In this document: positions 55,405 to 64,000 of the stretch, in pieces
Position numbering within the stretch: position 1 is the first letter of the stretch
How the letters are laid out: every line of letters starts with the position of its first letter
From: Candidatus Thorarchaeota archaeon
GTDB taxonomy: Archaea > Asgardarchaeota > Thorarchaeia > Thorarchaeales > Thorarchaeaceae
Direction: 5' to 3'
DNA length: 64,000 nt
Assembly: GCA_016839605.1 (NCBI GenBank)
Contig: JAEOTX010000044.1
Span: 1-64,000, forward strand
Position numbers and translations under genes: made by a program
The notes under the pieces: model-generated
Told to the model about the DNA's origin: nothing
What the model saw: the letters and a program-made list of their open reading frames with translations, nothing else
Databases searched by the model: none

Positions 55405-56085
55405 TTATTCATGACTAATCAGACGCAAACTCAGGAGGAGTACATCTTCTCCCTTGGATGCTAGGATATGCCCCATGGGTTTCCTCATGCCTGGTATATT
55501 CTTTCTGATATATCTCAGGAATTCATCTGGCGATTCCAGCAATGCGCGTCGCATTCCTTCTATATGTTGCATGAGAATCTCCTTTACCGCATTATCAGAC
55601 ATTTCGCCCCGAATCACCTTGTCTCTCAATGTACTTAGGATGTCTTCTGCAATGATCCTGGATTCGGTCACAATCCTTCCATGAGGAGTTTTCTTCTTCC
55701 TCCTCTGTTTGTGACGGGCTCTCTTTGCCGCCTCAAGGAGTTCTCGAATCTCGTCCTCGTCCTGGAGCTCCTCCTCCATGTCTGACTCGATCACAAGTTT
55801 CCTCCAAGCTTTCTTTCTCTGAAACTCAAGAGGTGATACGAAGCCTTTTGCGTGCATCTCTTTCAAGTGCTTCTTAAACTCCTCTTCAAGCATGACTGAA
55901 CTTGGACCAGACATGTGCAGATATTTCTGAAAGAGTACAGCTTCAAACTCGATTATTGACCATCCAAAAGCCCTGACTATATTGACCTCTACAGCTCTCT
56001 CATAGTCATTGGGTTCAAGTCTTCCATACATCCCTATCCGATGCTCCCTCAACTTATATGGTTTCAGATAGTCCGTCTGAAGCAA
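55405..56085 (-). CDS. Hypothetical charged helical protein
   Basis: 226-aa ORF with acidic and basic patches; no motif recognised. Confidence 0.65.
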   Translation of the reverse strand: MLQTDYLKPYKLREHRIGMYGRLEPNDYERAVEVNIVRAFGWSIIEFEAVLFQKYLHMSGPSSVMLEEEFKKHLKEMHAKGFVSPLEFQRKKAWRKLVIESDMEEELQDEDEIRELLEAAKRARHKQRRKKKTPHGRIVTESRIIAEDILSTLRDKVIRGEMSDNAVKEILMQHIEGMRRALLESPDEFLRYIRKNIPGMRKPMGHILASKGEDVLLLSLRLISHE

Positions 56086-56212
56086 TATGAAGGTATGCGC
56101 GAATCAAAAATCGACAGGTATGACTGCTTGGAATGTGGCTGTTCTTAAAATTGAGAGTAAAAAAAGAAAGGGGCGTAGTCTGGATGACTTCCAGACTACA
56201 GCTGTATTTGGG

Positions 56213-58177
56213 TTATCTTCTTCTCATCACTATGACAATGAGCACTATCACCACTATTGCTCCAACACCGACTGCTAGAAGCAGCATTGGATCGATCGGC
56301 GGTGGCGGTGGTGGTTCAGTTGTCGTAGTAGTTGTAGTAGTTGTGGTCGTTGTAGTCGTGGTGGTAATGTCTGGAGTGTTTATTGCGGTATCAATGCCCC
56401 ACTCAATCGTTTGGAGGACCAAGTTATATCCATCCAAATCAGTTCGGCCTGATTGAGTGTCTTGGTACATTGGAGCATGTGAGCCGTAAGGTGGTCCACC
56501 TGATACTGCAATGACACCAGTTTCTGTAATTCCAGCATTCACCTCAACAGCCATTGCTACGAATTGGCCAAATGTCCCATCTGTGTGAGCATATGGCGCA
56601 ACCAAGTCCTGATCTCCAATTGTCCCGTTGAAGAAGTACAGCACTGGATAGACGTCTTCAATTGAACCAGTTTCAAGGTCAACTACATCCGCTCCCTCAG
56701 TAGCTGATGTGCTGCCATAGATTAGAGTTGGACTGTGGACGAGCACATTGCTGACATCCTGAACTAGGTCTGCCACGAACGCATCGTCACTGGTGATGTT
56801 TGCTACGGGACGGTAGTTTGATCCCGCATAGGAATCGTCGTCTGAAATCGTTGTGGGCTCTGGATAGATGTGTGAGCCAACATCACTCAGAATCGTAGTA
56901 ACGTTACTTGTCTTCCATGCACCTCCACCGTAGTCCGAGTCAGCTCCTACCCATAGGAACTTGTGACCCATTTCATACCAAGCTTCAATAGCATCATACT
57001 CAGCCTGAACAAAAGGTGTTACTCCTGATGAAGCCTCATGATTGATTGCACCAACCAGAAGCGCATCGGCACCAGCAAGAACTGATGAGTTTATGCCTCC
57101 GAATGCGAACACGACCTCATATCCCATGAGAGTCAGATTTCGCTCCATCCATGTGTCAAAGCTGTCGAAGATGTAGTCCTCATATTGACCATGACTCATG
57201 TCAAAGACAACCTTGCCCTTGTAGTCAGTCATCCGAATACCCCACTCAATAGTTTGGAGGACCAAGTTATATCCATCCAAATCAGTTCGGCCTGATTGAG
57301 TGTCTTGGTACATTGGAGCATGTGAGCCGTAAGGTGGTCCACCTGATACTGCAAGGACTCCGGTTCCTGCACTTCCAGCATTCACCTCAACAGCCATTGC
57401 TACGAATTGGCCAAATGTCCCATCTGTGTGGGCATATGGCAAGGTCAAGTCCTGATCTCCAATAGTCCCATTGAAGAAGTACAGTACTGGGTAGACATTA
57501 TCAACTGATCCAGTCTCAAGAGCGACCGCATCCTGTCCCTCAGTAGCTGATGTGCTGCCATAGATCAGAGTTGGACTGTGGACGAGCACATTGCTGACAT
57601 CCTGAACTAACTCTGCCACGAACGCATCGTCACTGGTGATGTTTGCTACGGGACGGTAGTTTGATCCCGCATAGGAATCGTCGTCTGAAATCGTTGTGGG
57701 CTCTGGATAGATGTGTGAGCCAACATCACTCAGAATCTGAGTCACATTGCTTGTCTTCCATGCACCTCCACCGTAGTCCGAGTCAGCTCCTACCCATAGG
57801 AACTTGTGACCAGTTGCATACCAATCTGAAATCGCATCATACTCAGCCTGAACAAAAGGTGTTACTCCTGATGAAGCCTCATGATTGATTGCACCAACCA
57901 GAAGCGCATCGGCATTAGCTAATATTGATGCGTTTATACCTCCCCAGGCAAAAACTACATCATAACCCATGAGTGTGAGGTTTCCCTCCATCCATGTGTC
58001 AAAACTATCGAATATGTAGTCCTCATACTGACCGTGGCTCATATCAAAGACTATAGTGCGCGATGGTAGAGCAGCACTCGCCTCCATAGGGCCAAAGCCA
58101 AGGATGACGACGCCAGGAACAACAACAAGTCCAACTATCATCATCAAGAGGATACTACTCGAGTATTTCTTTTTCAT
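56213..58177 (-). CDS. Secreted surface protein with two near-identical GIFT/GldG(DUF4350)-like domains, Thr/Pro linker and C-terminal TM anchor
   Basis: Signal peptide, two VFDMSHGQY...LWVGADSDY...NYRP units, poly-Thr then EPPPPPP linker, TM, RRR; AAGGAGG upstream. Confidence 0.75.
   Translation of the reverse strand: MKKKYSSSILLMMIVGLVVVPGVVILGFGPMEASAALPSRTIVFDMSHGQYEDYIFDSFDTWMEGNLTLMGYDVVFAWGGINASILANADALLVGAINHEASSGVTPFVQAEYDAISDWYATGHKFLWVGADSDYGGGAWKTSNVTQILSDVGSHIYPEPTTISDDDSYAGSNYRPVANITSDDAFVAELVQDVSNVLVHSPTLIYGSTSATEGQDAVALETGSVDNVYPVLYFFNGTIGDQDLTLPYAHTDGTFGQFVAMAVEVNAGSAGTGVLAVSGGPPYGSHAPMYQDTQSGRTDLDGYNLVLQTIEWGIRMTDYKGKVVFDMSHGQYEDYIFDSFDTWMERNLTLMGYEVVFAFGGINSSVLAGADALLVGAINHEASSGVTPFVQAEYDAIEAWYEMGHKFLWVGADSDYGGGAWKTSNVTTILSDVGSHIYPEPTTISDDDSYAGSNYRPVANITSDDAFVADLVQDVSNVLVHSPTLIYGSTSATEGADVVDLETGSIEDVYPVLYFFNGTIGDQDLVAPYAHTDGTFGQFVAMAVEVNAGITETGVIAVSGGPPYGSHAPMYQDTQSGRTDLDGYNLVLQTIEWGIDTAINTPDITTTTTTTTTTTTTTTTEPPPPPPIDPMLLLAVGVGAIVVIVLIVIVMRRR
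56397..58051. repeat. Intragenic direct duplication, period 843 nt (56397-57208 / 57240-58051)
   Basis: Same 843-nt offset at both ends (CCCACTCAAT at 56398/57241; TCAAAGAC at 57201/58044); blocks of more than 100 nt are identical. Confidence 0.95.
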
Positions 58178-58436
58178 TATGTATTAATCCTCCTTCGTTT
58201 CCTAATCTTTTTTGCAGAACGAAGATACATGTTTACCGAGTGAGTACTATTTAGACTTTTAGGCCTGTTTCAAACGCGCATAACATCATGATTTGCCAGG
58301 TGCAAAACAACATTGGAGCTTTAGCTCACTTGTTCTTAAATTGATGAGAACAGATTTATAGCCATGAGTGAAGACATATGAACCTGACAAGACCTGAATG
58401 ACTGCTAGGTCACTTAAAAGGAGAGAGGAATAATAA

Positions 58437-59924
58437 ATGAGCGAGTTCGAAGCCGCAGGTGGTTCGAGAAATGCTATCTTGGCGGTAGTTGTAATAGTCA
58501 TCATCGGGGTGGCAGGTGTCACATGGGTGTTTCTTGGTGGACTTCCACCCGTTACAACAACAACGACGACGACAACAACAACCACCACCACTACTACTAC
58601 CACTACTACTAGCCCCGTAGGGCCAAAGACGCTTGTTGTTTTAACAAGACATGACGTCGCAATTCACAATGTATTTGAACCTGCGTTCTTGGCATCTGAT
58701 TTTGCTATAGCGAACGATATTGTTGAAATTACTTGGAAGACGCCAGACTTTCAATTCTGGGATGATGTGATAGACACAAATGGGGCTGATGTATGCTGGG
58801 GAGGCGGTCCGACATCGTTTGATCAGTTAGCGCAAGACGGTCGTCTATCTCCCTTGACCAGCACACTGATGGTAGATGCGGCTGCCAGAGTCAATGATAC
58901 CATTGCAGGGGCTAATATGAAGCGACTTAACGCTCAATCGCAGCTTGTGTGGATTGCTGCAGCCATCTCATCATTTGGATTCACTGTCAACCACGACTTC
59001 CTCACAACGCATTCACTGCCAGTTCCCAACAACTGGACAGACCTTGCACAACCAATCTATGGAAGCTTGCTGCCAACAACTCCTACTATTGCTATGGGTC
59101 ATGCACCGGGCACGACTTCCAATACCCGTATCTATGAAATCATTACTCAGGGTCTCGGGTGGGATGCGGGCTGGGCTACCATGGCAAGGATGGCTGGGAG
59201 CTCAAATATCTATGGTGGTTCAGTAGACACTCAACAGGCGGCTGAAACTGGAGAAGTCGGGATTTCTATGTCAATCGATTTCTATGGTTATCAGACACAA
59301 GAGAACAATCCTGACTGTGAATACATTATACCTCAGGATCAGACAATTGTGAACGGGGATCCAATTGCCATTGCCTCGACAAGCTCTCAGAAGCAATTGG
59401 CAGAGGGTTTCATTGACTTTGTGCTCACCCCATATGGCCAATCACTTTGGCTAGATGACAACATTCTACGGATGCCTGTCATGAGGGAGGCTTTTGATGA
59501 GCCAGGAGCTGCTGGAAAGGATAGATTGTACTCTGTGTTCAATCAGACCACCAAGACATTAGGGATTGATTTCAATGACACACTTTCCTTAGAGATCAAT
59601 GCTGCTTTCGTTCAATACTGGGGATCAGTCTTCACCGATGCACAATCTGAGCTAGTAAACTGCTGGACAACGATTCTAAATGCATATGACAATGGCTGGA
59701 TAGATGCCAGCGAGTTGGAAACGTATGCCGCTGAGATGGGAGCTCCAATTACCATTCAGGATCCAGATACCTTGGTGCTTGAAGAGTTCACAATCGACTA
59801 TGCTAGACGGATAAACCATGACATGATCTACGACGCATCATACAAGGCTGACGTAAAAGCTGCCTGGACAAACCAAGCCAAGTCACACTACAACACAGTT
59901 GCTGCTTCAGTACCAACATCCTGA
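58437..59924 (+). CDS. ABC transporter substrate-binding protein (Fe3+/thiamine class), N-terminally anchored with poly-Thr linker
   Basis: N-terminal TM, Thr tract, LVVLTRH, ADVCWGGG, STS-like GTTSNTRIYE, IDFYG, NGDPIAI. Confidence 0.88.
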   Translation: MSEFEAAGGSRNAILAVVVIVIIGVAGVTWVFLGGLPPVTTTTTTTTTTTTTTTTTTTSPVGPKTLVVLTRHDVAIHNVFEPAFLASDFAIANDIVEITWKTPDFQFWDDVIDTNGADVCWGGGPTSFDQLAQDGRLSPLTSTLMVDAAARVNDTIAGANMKRLNAQSQLVWIAAAISSFGFTVNHDFLTTHSLPVPNNWTDLAQPIYGSLLPTTPTIAMGHAPGTTSNTRIYEIITQGLGWDAGWATMARMAGSSNIYGGSVDTQQAAETGEVGISMSIDFYGYQTQENNPDCEYIIPQDQTIVNGDPIAIASTSSQKQLAEGFIDFVLTPYGQSLWLDDNILRMPVMREAFDEPGAAGKDRLYSVFNQTTKTLGIDFNDTLSLEINAAFVQYWGSVFTDAQSELVNCWTTILNAYDNGWIDASELETYAAEMGAPITIQDPDTLVLEEFTIDYARRINHDMIYDASYKADVKAAWTNQAKSHYNTVAASVPTS

Positions 59925-59940
59925 CAGGCGGCAGTTGAAA

Positions 59941-62067
59941 ATGACGGCGAGTGAGGAGGATCCAGTAGAGGTCCAAGAACCCTCAGCCATAGATTCCGAG
60001 ATGGTCCCGGACAGCATCCGGGACTCTCTCACATCTAGTATCAGAAGTGCACCAAGACGGTTTTCATCTTGGACTTCAGGGAAAGTACGCTCATCAGGTT
60101 CTTGGGTAAAGGGAGGTATAACCCGATTTATTGGATTCTTTAGAAATCCAGTTGCAAACTCACGGCAGGCAGCGTCGCAGATCCGTACTAGATCAAAATC
60201 AGGATGGCGCCAGCTGCGGAGAGAGATGGACTCGCTAACATGGGTTCAGTTAATTGGAGTTATTGCAGTATTTGCTTTATTCCTCATCATTCCTCTTCTA
60301 AGCGTTGTTTGGACTTCATTCACTGATTCCGATACAGGAGTCTTTACTCTACAGCACTTCATTCGCCTTTTCAACGACTCGAATATTTGGCCGTGGGTCT
60401 ATAATCCAGTTACAGGAAACACTGACTTCTTCGCCAATCTGACACCAGCAATTTATGATCCTGATTTGAATCTCCTAGTGATATACGGTTGGGATTTAGG
60501 AGGTGTGCTAAACTCAATCTATGTCGCAATTTTAGTGACAATATTCTCTGTCATTCTAGGGGTCTTCTTTGCCTTCATCGTGGCTCGATATGATTTCTTT
60601 GGCAAGAAGGTAATCCGCACACTTCTCATATTTCCAATCTTAGCCACTCCCTTCGTAGGAGCAATTGGCATCAAGGAGTTCCTTGGTGCGGATGGCTTCA
60701 TCAATAAGCTCTTCGAACCAATTAGAGACATACTGAACATGGTACTACTTCCTCTCGGGGCACCAATCCCTGCAATATGGCTTCGTGGTCTTGCTGCTAT
60801 TATCTTCGTTCAGTCTCTCTCGTTCTTCTCACTCGTATACCTCAACGCCTATTCTTCGTTCATGAGCATTGATCCATCACTCGAAGAGCAAGCTGAGAAT
60901 CTCGGAGCACAAGGACTTGGACTATTTCGTTCTGTGACATTCCCCTTGGCGATGCCTGGGGTTCAGGCTGGAGCCATTTTGACTTTCATTCTAAGCATAG
61001 AGGACCTTGGAACACCAATTGTGTTCCAAGATCATGTATCAGCTAGAAATACACTAGCATTTCAGGTCTTCAACAACGTAGCAACTCAGGCTGGAGGTTT
61101 GGATCCAAAAGGACCCACAATAGGTATCCTCCTCCTTGTGTTTGCCTTAGTTGGATTCATGGCAATTCGCAAATATACAGCCTTAAGGTCCTACGATTCC
61201 GGAACCAAAGGTGGACAATGGAATCCAAGGACTCGCAGGATTAGCAGGAAAGCAACTACACTCCTATACTGCCTCTTGGTTCCACTCCTATTCTTGGCTC
61301 TCATACCTCAAGTCAGTGTAATTGTCCTCTCTTTCGCAGGCACGTGGTCGACGGATAGTCTGTTACCAGATGTATGGACTTTAGATAACTACCAGGTTTT
61401 ATGGGCATATCCCGATGTGACCCAATCAATATATCTCACACTGATATACGGAGCCATTGCTACTGTTGTTATTGTGCTATTGGGAGCTAGCGCTGCGTAT
61501 CTGATTGCCCGGAGAGACATTCCTGGAAAGACAGCGCTTGATCTACTCGTGACTTCCCCGATCGCGCTTCCAGGCATCGTAATCGCGACAGGCTACTTTA
61601 CGCTCTTTTACAATACTCCGATATTCCCAGTTGGGGGTCCTGCGTTTCTCATAATTATGTCATATACCGTTCGGAAATTCCCATTCACTGTCAGAGCGGC
61701 GTATGCGGGACTGATGTCAACGCCCGTTGTTCTAGAGGAAGCGTCTCAGAATCTGGGTGCTAGCAGGAACCGGACTTTCTTCAAGATTACCATGCCGCTG
61801 ATTGGAGTAAGCGTCCTTGCAGGCTCCTTGCTTTCCTACGTATATTCTGTGAGTGAAGTAAGCACAAGTCTCATTCTGGGCAGTGTAGGACGAGAGCAAG
61901 CACCGATGACGTTCTGGACGGCTGAAATACTCGATATGACAGGGCAGTATGGTGGGGCTAACAATGCGGCATGCCTTGGAGTTTTAATGATGGCCCTGCA
62001 AATGGCAGTCATAACAGTCACTACAAAAATACTAGGAGCCAGATCTTCTGCTATCACGGGCATTTGA
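59941..62067 (+). CDS. ABC transporter permease (FbpB/ThiP type, two fused halves)
   Basis: Two EAA loops (LEEQAENLGA, LEEASQNLGA), PFVGA, DLGTP, LPGIVIA. Confidence 0.9.
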   Translation: MTASEEDPVEVQEPSAIDSEMVPDSIRDSLTSSIRSAPRRFSSWTSGKVRSSGSWVKGGITRFIGFFRNPVANSRQAASQIRTRSKSGWRQLRREMDSLTWVQLIGVIAVFALFLIIPLLSVVWTSFTDSDTGVFTLQHFIRLFNDSNIWPWVYNPVTGNTDFFANLTPAIYDPDLNLLVIYGWDLGGVLNSIYVAILVTIFSVILGVFFAFIVARYDFFGKKVIRTLLIFPILATPFVGAIGIKEFLGADGFINKLFEPIRDILNMVLLPLGAPIPAIWLRGLAAIIFVQSLSFFSLVYLNAYSSFMSIDPSLEEQAENLGAQGLGLFRSVTFPLAMPGVQAGAILTFILSIEDLGTPIVFQDHVSARNTLAFQVFNNVATQAGGLDPKGPTIGILLLVFALVGFMAIRKYTALRSYDSGTKGGQWNPRTRRISRKATTLLYCLLVPLLFLALIPQVSVIVLSFAGTWSTDSLLPDVWTLDNYQVLWAYPDVTQSIYLTLIYGAIATVVIVLLGASAAYLIARRDIPGKTALDLLVTSPIALPGIVIATGYFTLFYNTPIFPVGGPAFLIIMSYTVRKFPFTVRAAYAGLMSTPVVLEEASQNLGASRNRTFFKITMPLIGVSVLAGSLLSYVYSVSEVSTSLILGSVGREQAPMTFWTAEILDMTGQYGGANNAACLGVLMMALQMAVITVTTKILGARSSAITGI

Positions 62068-62078
62068 GGTGATATGAA

Positions 62079-63236
62079 TTGGTTGAGATTAGACTAGAAA
62101 ACTTGCGGAAAACCTTTGGTGAAGTAGTCGCTACTGACGAAGTGACAATGGTCCTAGAGGAGGGAGAACTTTCTACACTCTTGGGACCATCTGGTTGCGG
62201 GAAGACAACCCTTCTGCGCTTGATTGCTGGTTTCTACGTACCTGACAGAGGGACGATTCACTTTGACGACAAGGAAGTCACAGGTGTGCCTCCACATAAG
62301 AGGAACACGGGAATGTGCTTCCAGAACTACGCACTGTGGCCACATATGACTGTGGCCGATAATGTATCATATGGACTGAAGCTGAAACGAGTCGATGGCA
62401 TGAAGTATACCAAGGGTGCTATCGAAAAACGAGTCAACACCGCATTGGGTCTTGTGCACATGGAGGAACTTGGCAAGCGCCATATCCATCAGCTATCTGG
62501 TGGTCAACAGCAACGTGTGGCACTTGCACGAGCACTTGTGATTGAACCAGGCGTACTCCTCCTCGATGAGCCACTCTCAAATCTTGATGCAAAGCTGCGG
62601 CTTGAGATGAGAGAGGAAATAATGAGAATCCAGAGTGAGCTATCAATAACCACAGTCTACGTGACGCACGACCAACATGAAGCACTGAGTATCTCAGATA
62701 GAGTGGCTGTTATGGATCTGGGATATGTGCAACAATTTGCATCTCCCAGAGAGATTTACTCAGATCCTCAGACAGTCTTTGTTGCAGACTTCATAGGTCA
62801 ATGTACATTCCTTGACGGTGTCATTCAATCGGTAGGTGAATACATCGATGTCACCCTGCCGGATGGACAGGCAATCAAGGGAAGGACCACCATTGAAGGA
62901 TATCCATTCGAGAAAGGCGAGGCGGTCAAGTGTGCCTTTAGGCCAGAAGACCTTCATCTTCAGCAAATGGATCCATCCGATAACAAGATCACAGGCAAGG
63001 TGACTAGAACCATCTATATCGGAAATGGTCTTGAGGTGTATTTTGAAGTTGGGGGAGTCAGTGCACAGTCGCTCCTGGATCCCGACCTTGATATGAAAGC
63101 GGGGGACAGTATTACTCTCTTCGCACCGCATCGTGAAGTGATGGTTCTACCATTGGGCGGAGTAGAGGCTCTGAGGAAAGTTCCGGGGCATCCCATGGCT
63201 ACAGGTAAGATGCCATCTATGGCTTCGAATGTCTAG
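62079..63236 (+). CDS. ABC transporter ATP-binding protein (FbpC/PotA type)
   Basis: GPSGCGKTT, FQNYALWPHM, LSGGQQQRVALARAL, DEPLSNLD, VTHDQ; TOBE-like C terminus. Confidence 0.95.
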   Translation: MVEIRLENLRKTFGEVVATDEVTMVLEEGELSTLLGPSGCGKTTLLRLIAGFYVPDRGTIHFDDKEVTGVPPHKRNTGMCFQNYALWPHMTVADNVSYGLKLKRVDGMKYTKGAIEKRVNTALGLVHMEELGKRHIHQLSGGQQQRVALARALVIEPGVLLLDEPLSNLDAKLRLEMREEIMRIQSELSITTVYVTHDQHEALSISDRVAVMDLGYVQQFASPREIYSDPQTVFVADFIGQCTFLDGVIQSVGEYIDVTLPDGQAIKGRTTIEGYPFEKGEAVKCAFRPEDLHLQQMDPSDNKITGKVTRTIYIGNGLEVYFEVGGVSAQSLLDPDLDMKAGDSITLFAPHREVMVLPLGGVEALRKVPGHPMATGKMPSMASNV

Positions 63237-63999
63237 TAGTGACCGCAACGCCCCTCGAGAAAGCCCTCATCTCTGAGCCATTGAGAAGAGCTCTTCCTAC
63301 ACCTAACAAACTGCCCTGTTCATCAGTCACTATAACCTCCTCTCCAGCCCGCAGTAAGGGGTCTGCATGTGTGACAAATTTGGCAAGCGCAGACTTTCCC
63401 TTGACCACAAACTCACTCACTTCATTCTTGATGGCGACACGATATCTAGCATCAAGGTTCATCTGAATGAGCTCAAGACCTCCTTCATATGTAGGAGTGA
63501 AGAGCCCAGTTGTGGGGACTAGCGTAAAGAGGATCTTATCATTACGCTTCACATAACGTATTTTCCCTGTGCTCCTAGACGTGACAAACTGCAGCTTCTG
63601 GCTATCCTGCATTTTCGAGAAGTCGATATCCCATTGATATGCTAAAAGCGCATGCAGCTTTCTCTTTTCCCAGCTGGCATTGTCATCGATGGGGATCTCT
63701 TCTATGCGTTCCAGATTTTCAATCCGCTCTAGTCCATACTGCCGCTGAATGTCTGGTCCCACTTTATCAGTGGCAGTATCGCGTGTAAGCCAGAACCCAT
63801 GCTTGAAAGTGAGATTATCCAACATTTCGTGAATGCGTTGTAATGTAACAACGAGCTCGATCTCCCCAAAATGCTGTGGAAAAATGCATTGCTGAGCAGG
63901 ATGTACATGTTCCAATTCCCAGGGTATTGCACCTGAAGGAGTGACGAAAATCAGCAGGAGGCGTTCATTACTCCGTTTTCGAATCTCTTCAACAGCCTT
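63217..63999 (-). CDS. tgtA: Archaeosine tRNA-guanine transglycosylase, C-terminal part with PUA domain (runs off window end)
   Basis: Frame is open beyond 63915 to the window end (..TPSGAIPWELEHVHP); AYQW, SRSTGKIRYV, GKSALAKFV...LRAGEEVIV PUA motifs. ArcS is not fully excluded. Confidence 0.7.
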   Translation of the reverse strand, partial: KAVEEIRKRSNERLLLIFVTPSGAIPWELEHVHPAQQCIFPQHFGEIELVVTLQRIHEMLDNLTFKHGFWLTRDTATDKVGPDIQRQYGLERIENLERIEEIPIDDNASWEKRKLHALLAYQWDIDFSKMQDSQKLQFVTSRSTGKIRYVKRNDKILFTLVPTTGLFTPTYEGGLELIQMNLDARYRVAIKNEVSEFVVKGKSALAKFVTHADPLLRAGEEVIVTDEQGSLLGVGRALLNGSEMRAFSRGVAVTTRHSKP

Positions 64000-64000
64000 G

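Noticed and set aside
1-64000. CRISPR array, transposases, prophage or reverse-transcriptase systems
   Set aside because: No regularly spaced repeats or matching protein motifs were seen; the repeats found are mostly coding (Thr tracts, ERRR repeat, domain duplication).

Overview
Gene-dense archaeal chromosomal segment with an Asgard (probably Thorarchaeia-like) signature; the taxonomy is inferred from gene content. It carries four small GTPases (Rab-like, longin-fused Arf-like, two MglA-type), a roadblock/LC7 protein, a longin/DENN-like protein, a SNAP-like/PCI-like protein and a divergent EF-2. Housekeeping genes include eS26, CCA enzyme, RtcB, IleRS, TrmY, TgtA, Tmk, the archaeal CoA pathway (CoaBC, PoK, PPS, PanE), Ino1, tetraether synthase Tes, a polyprenyl synthase, TldD/PmbA, a putative B12 ECF module, an Fe3+/thiamine-class ABC importer and tRNA-Gln(CTG). 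No transposase, integrase or CRISPR array was seen. Three things are not explained by the ORF track. (1) SelD is a selenoprotein: an in-frame TGA at 23107-23109 extends it to 23056, and a SECIS-like hairpin overlaps its stop codon. (2) Several intergenic gaps hold strongly folded candidate non-coding RNAs; three (15036-15206 minus, 38744-38837 plus, 50251-50377 plus) share a TATA-like box upstream, a long stem with G-U pairs and an apparently unpaired CCCUCC (anti-Shine-Dalgarno-like) tract, suggesting an undescribed sRNA class. (3) A surface-protein gene has a recent 843-nt-period internal duplication. All RNA folds were derived by eye and need computational and transcriptomic confirmation.
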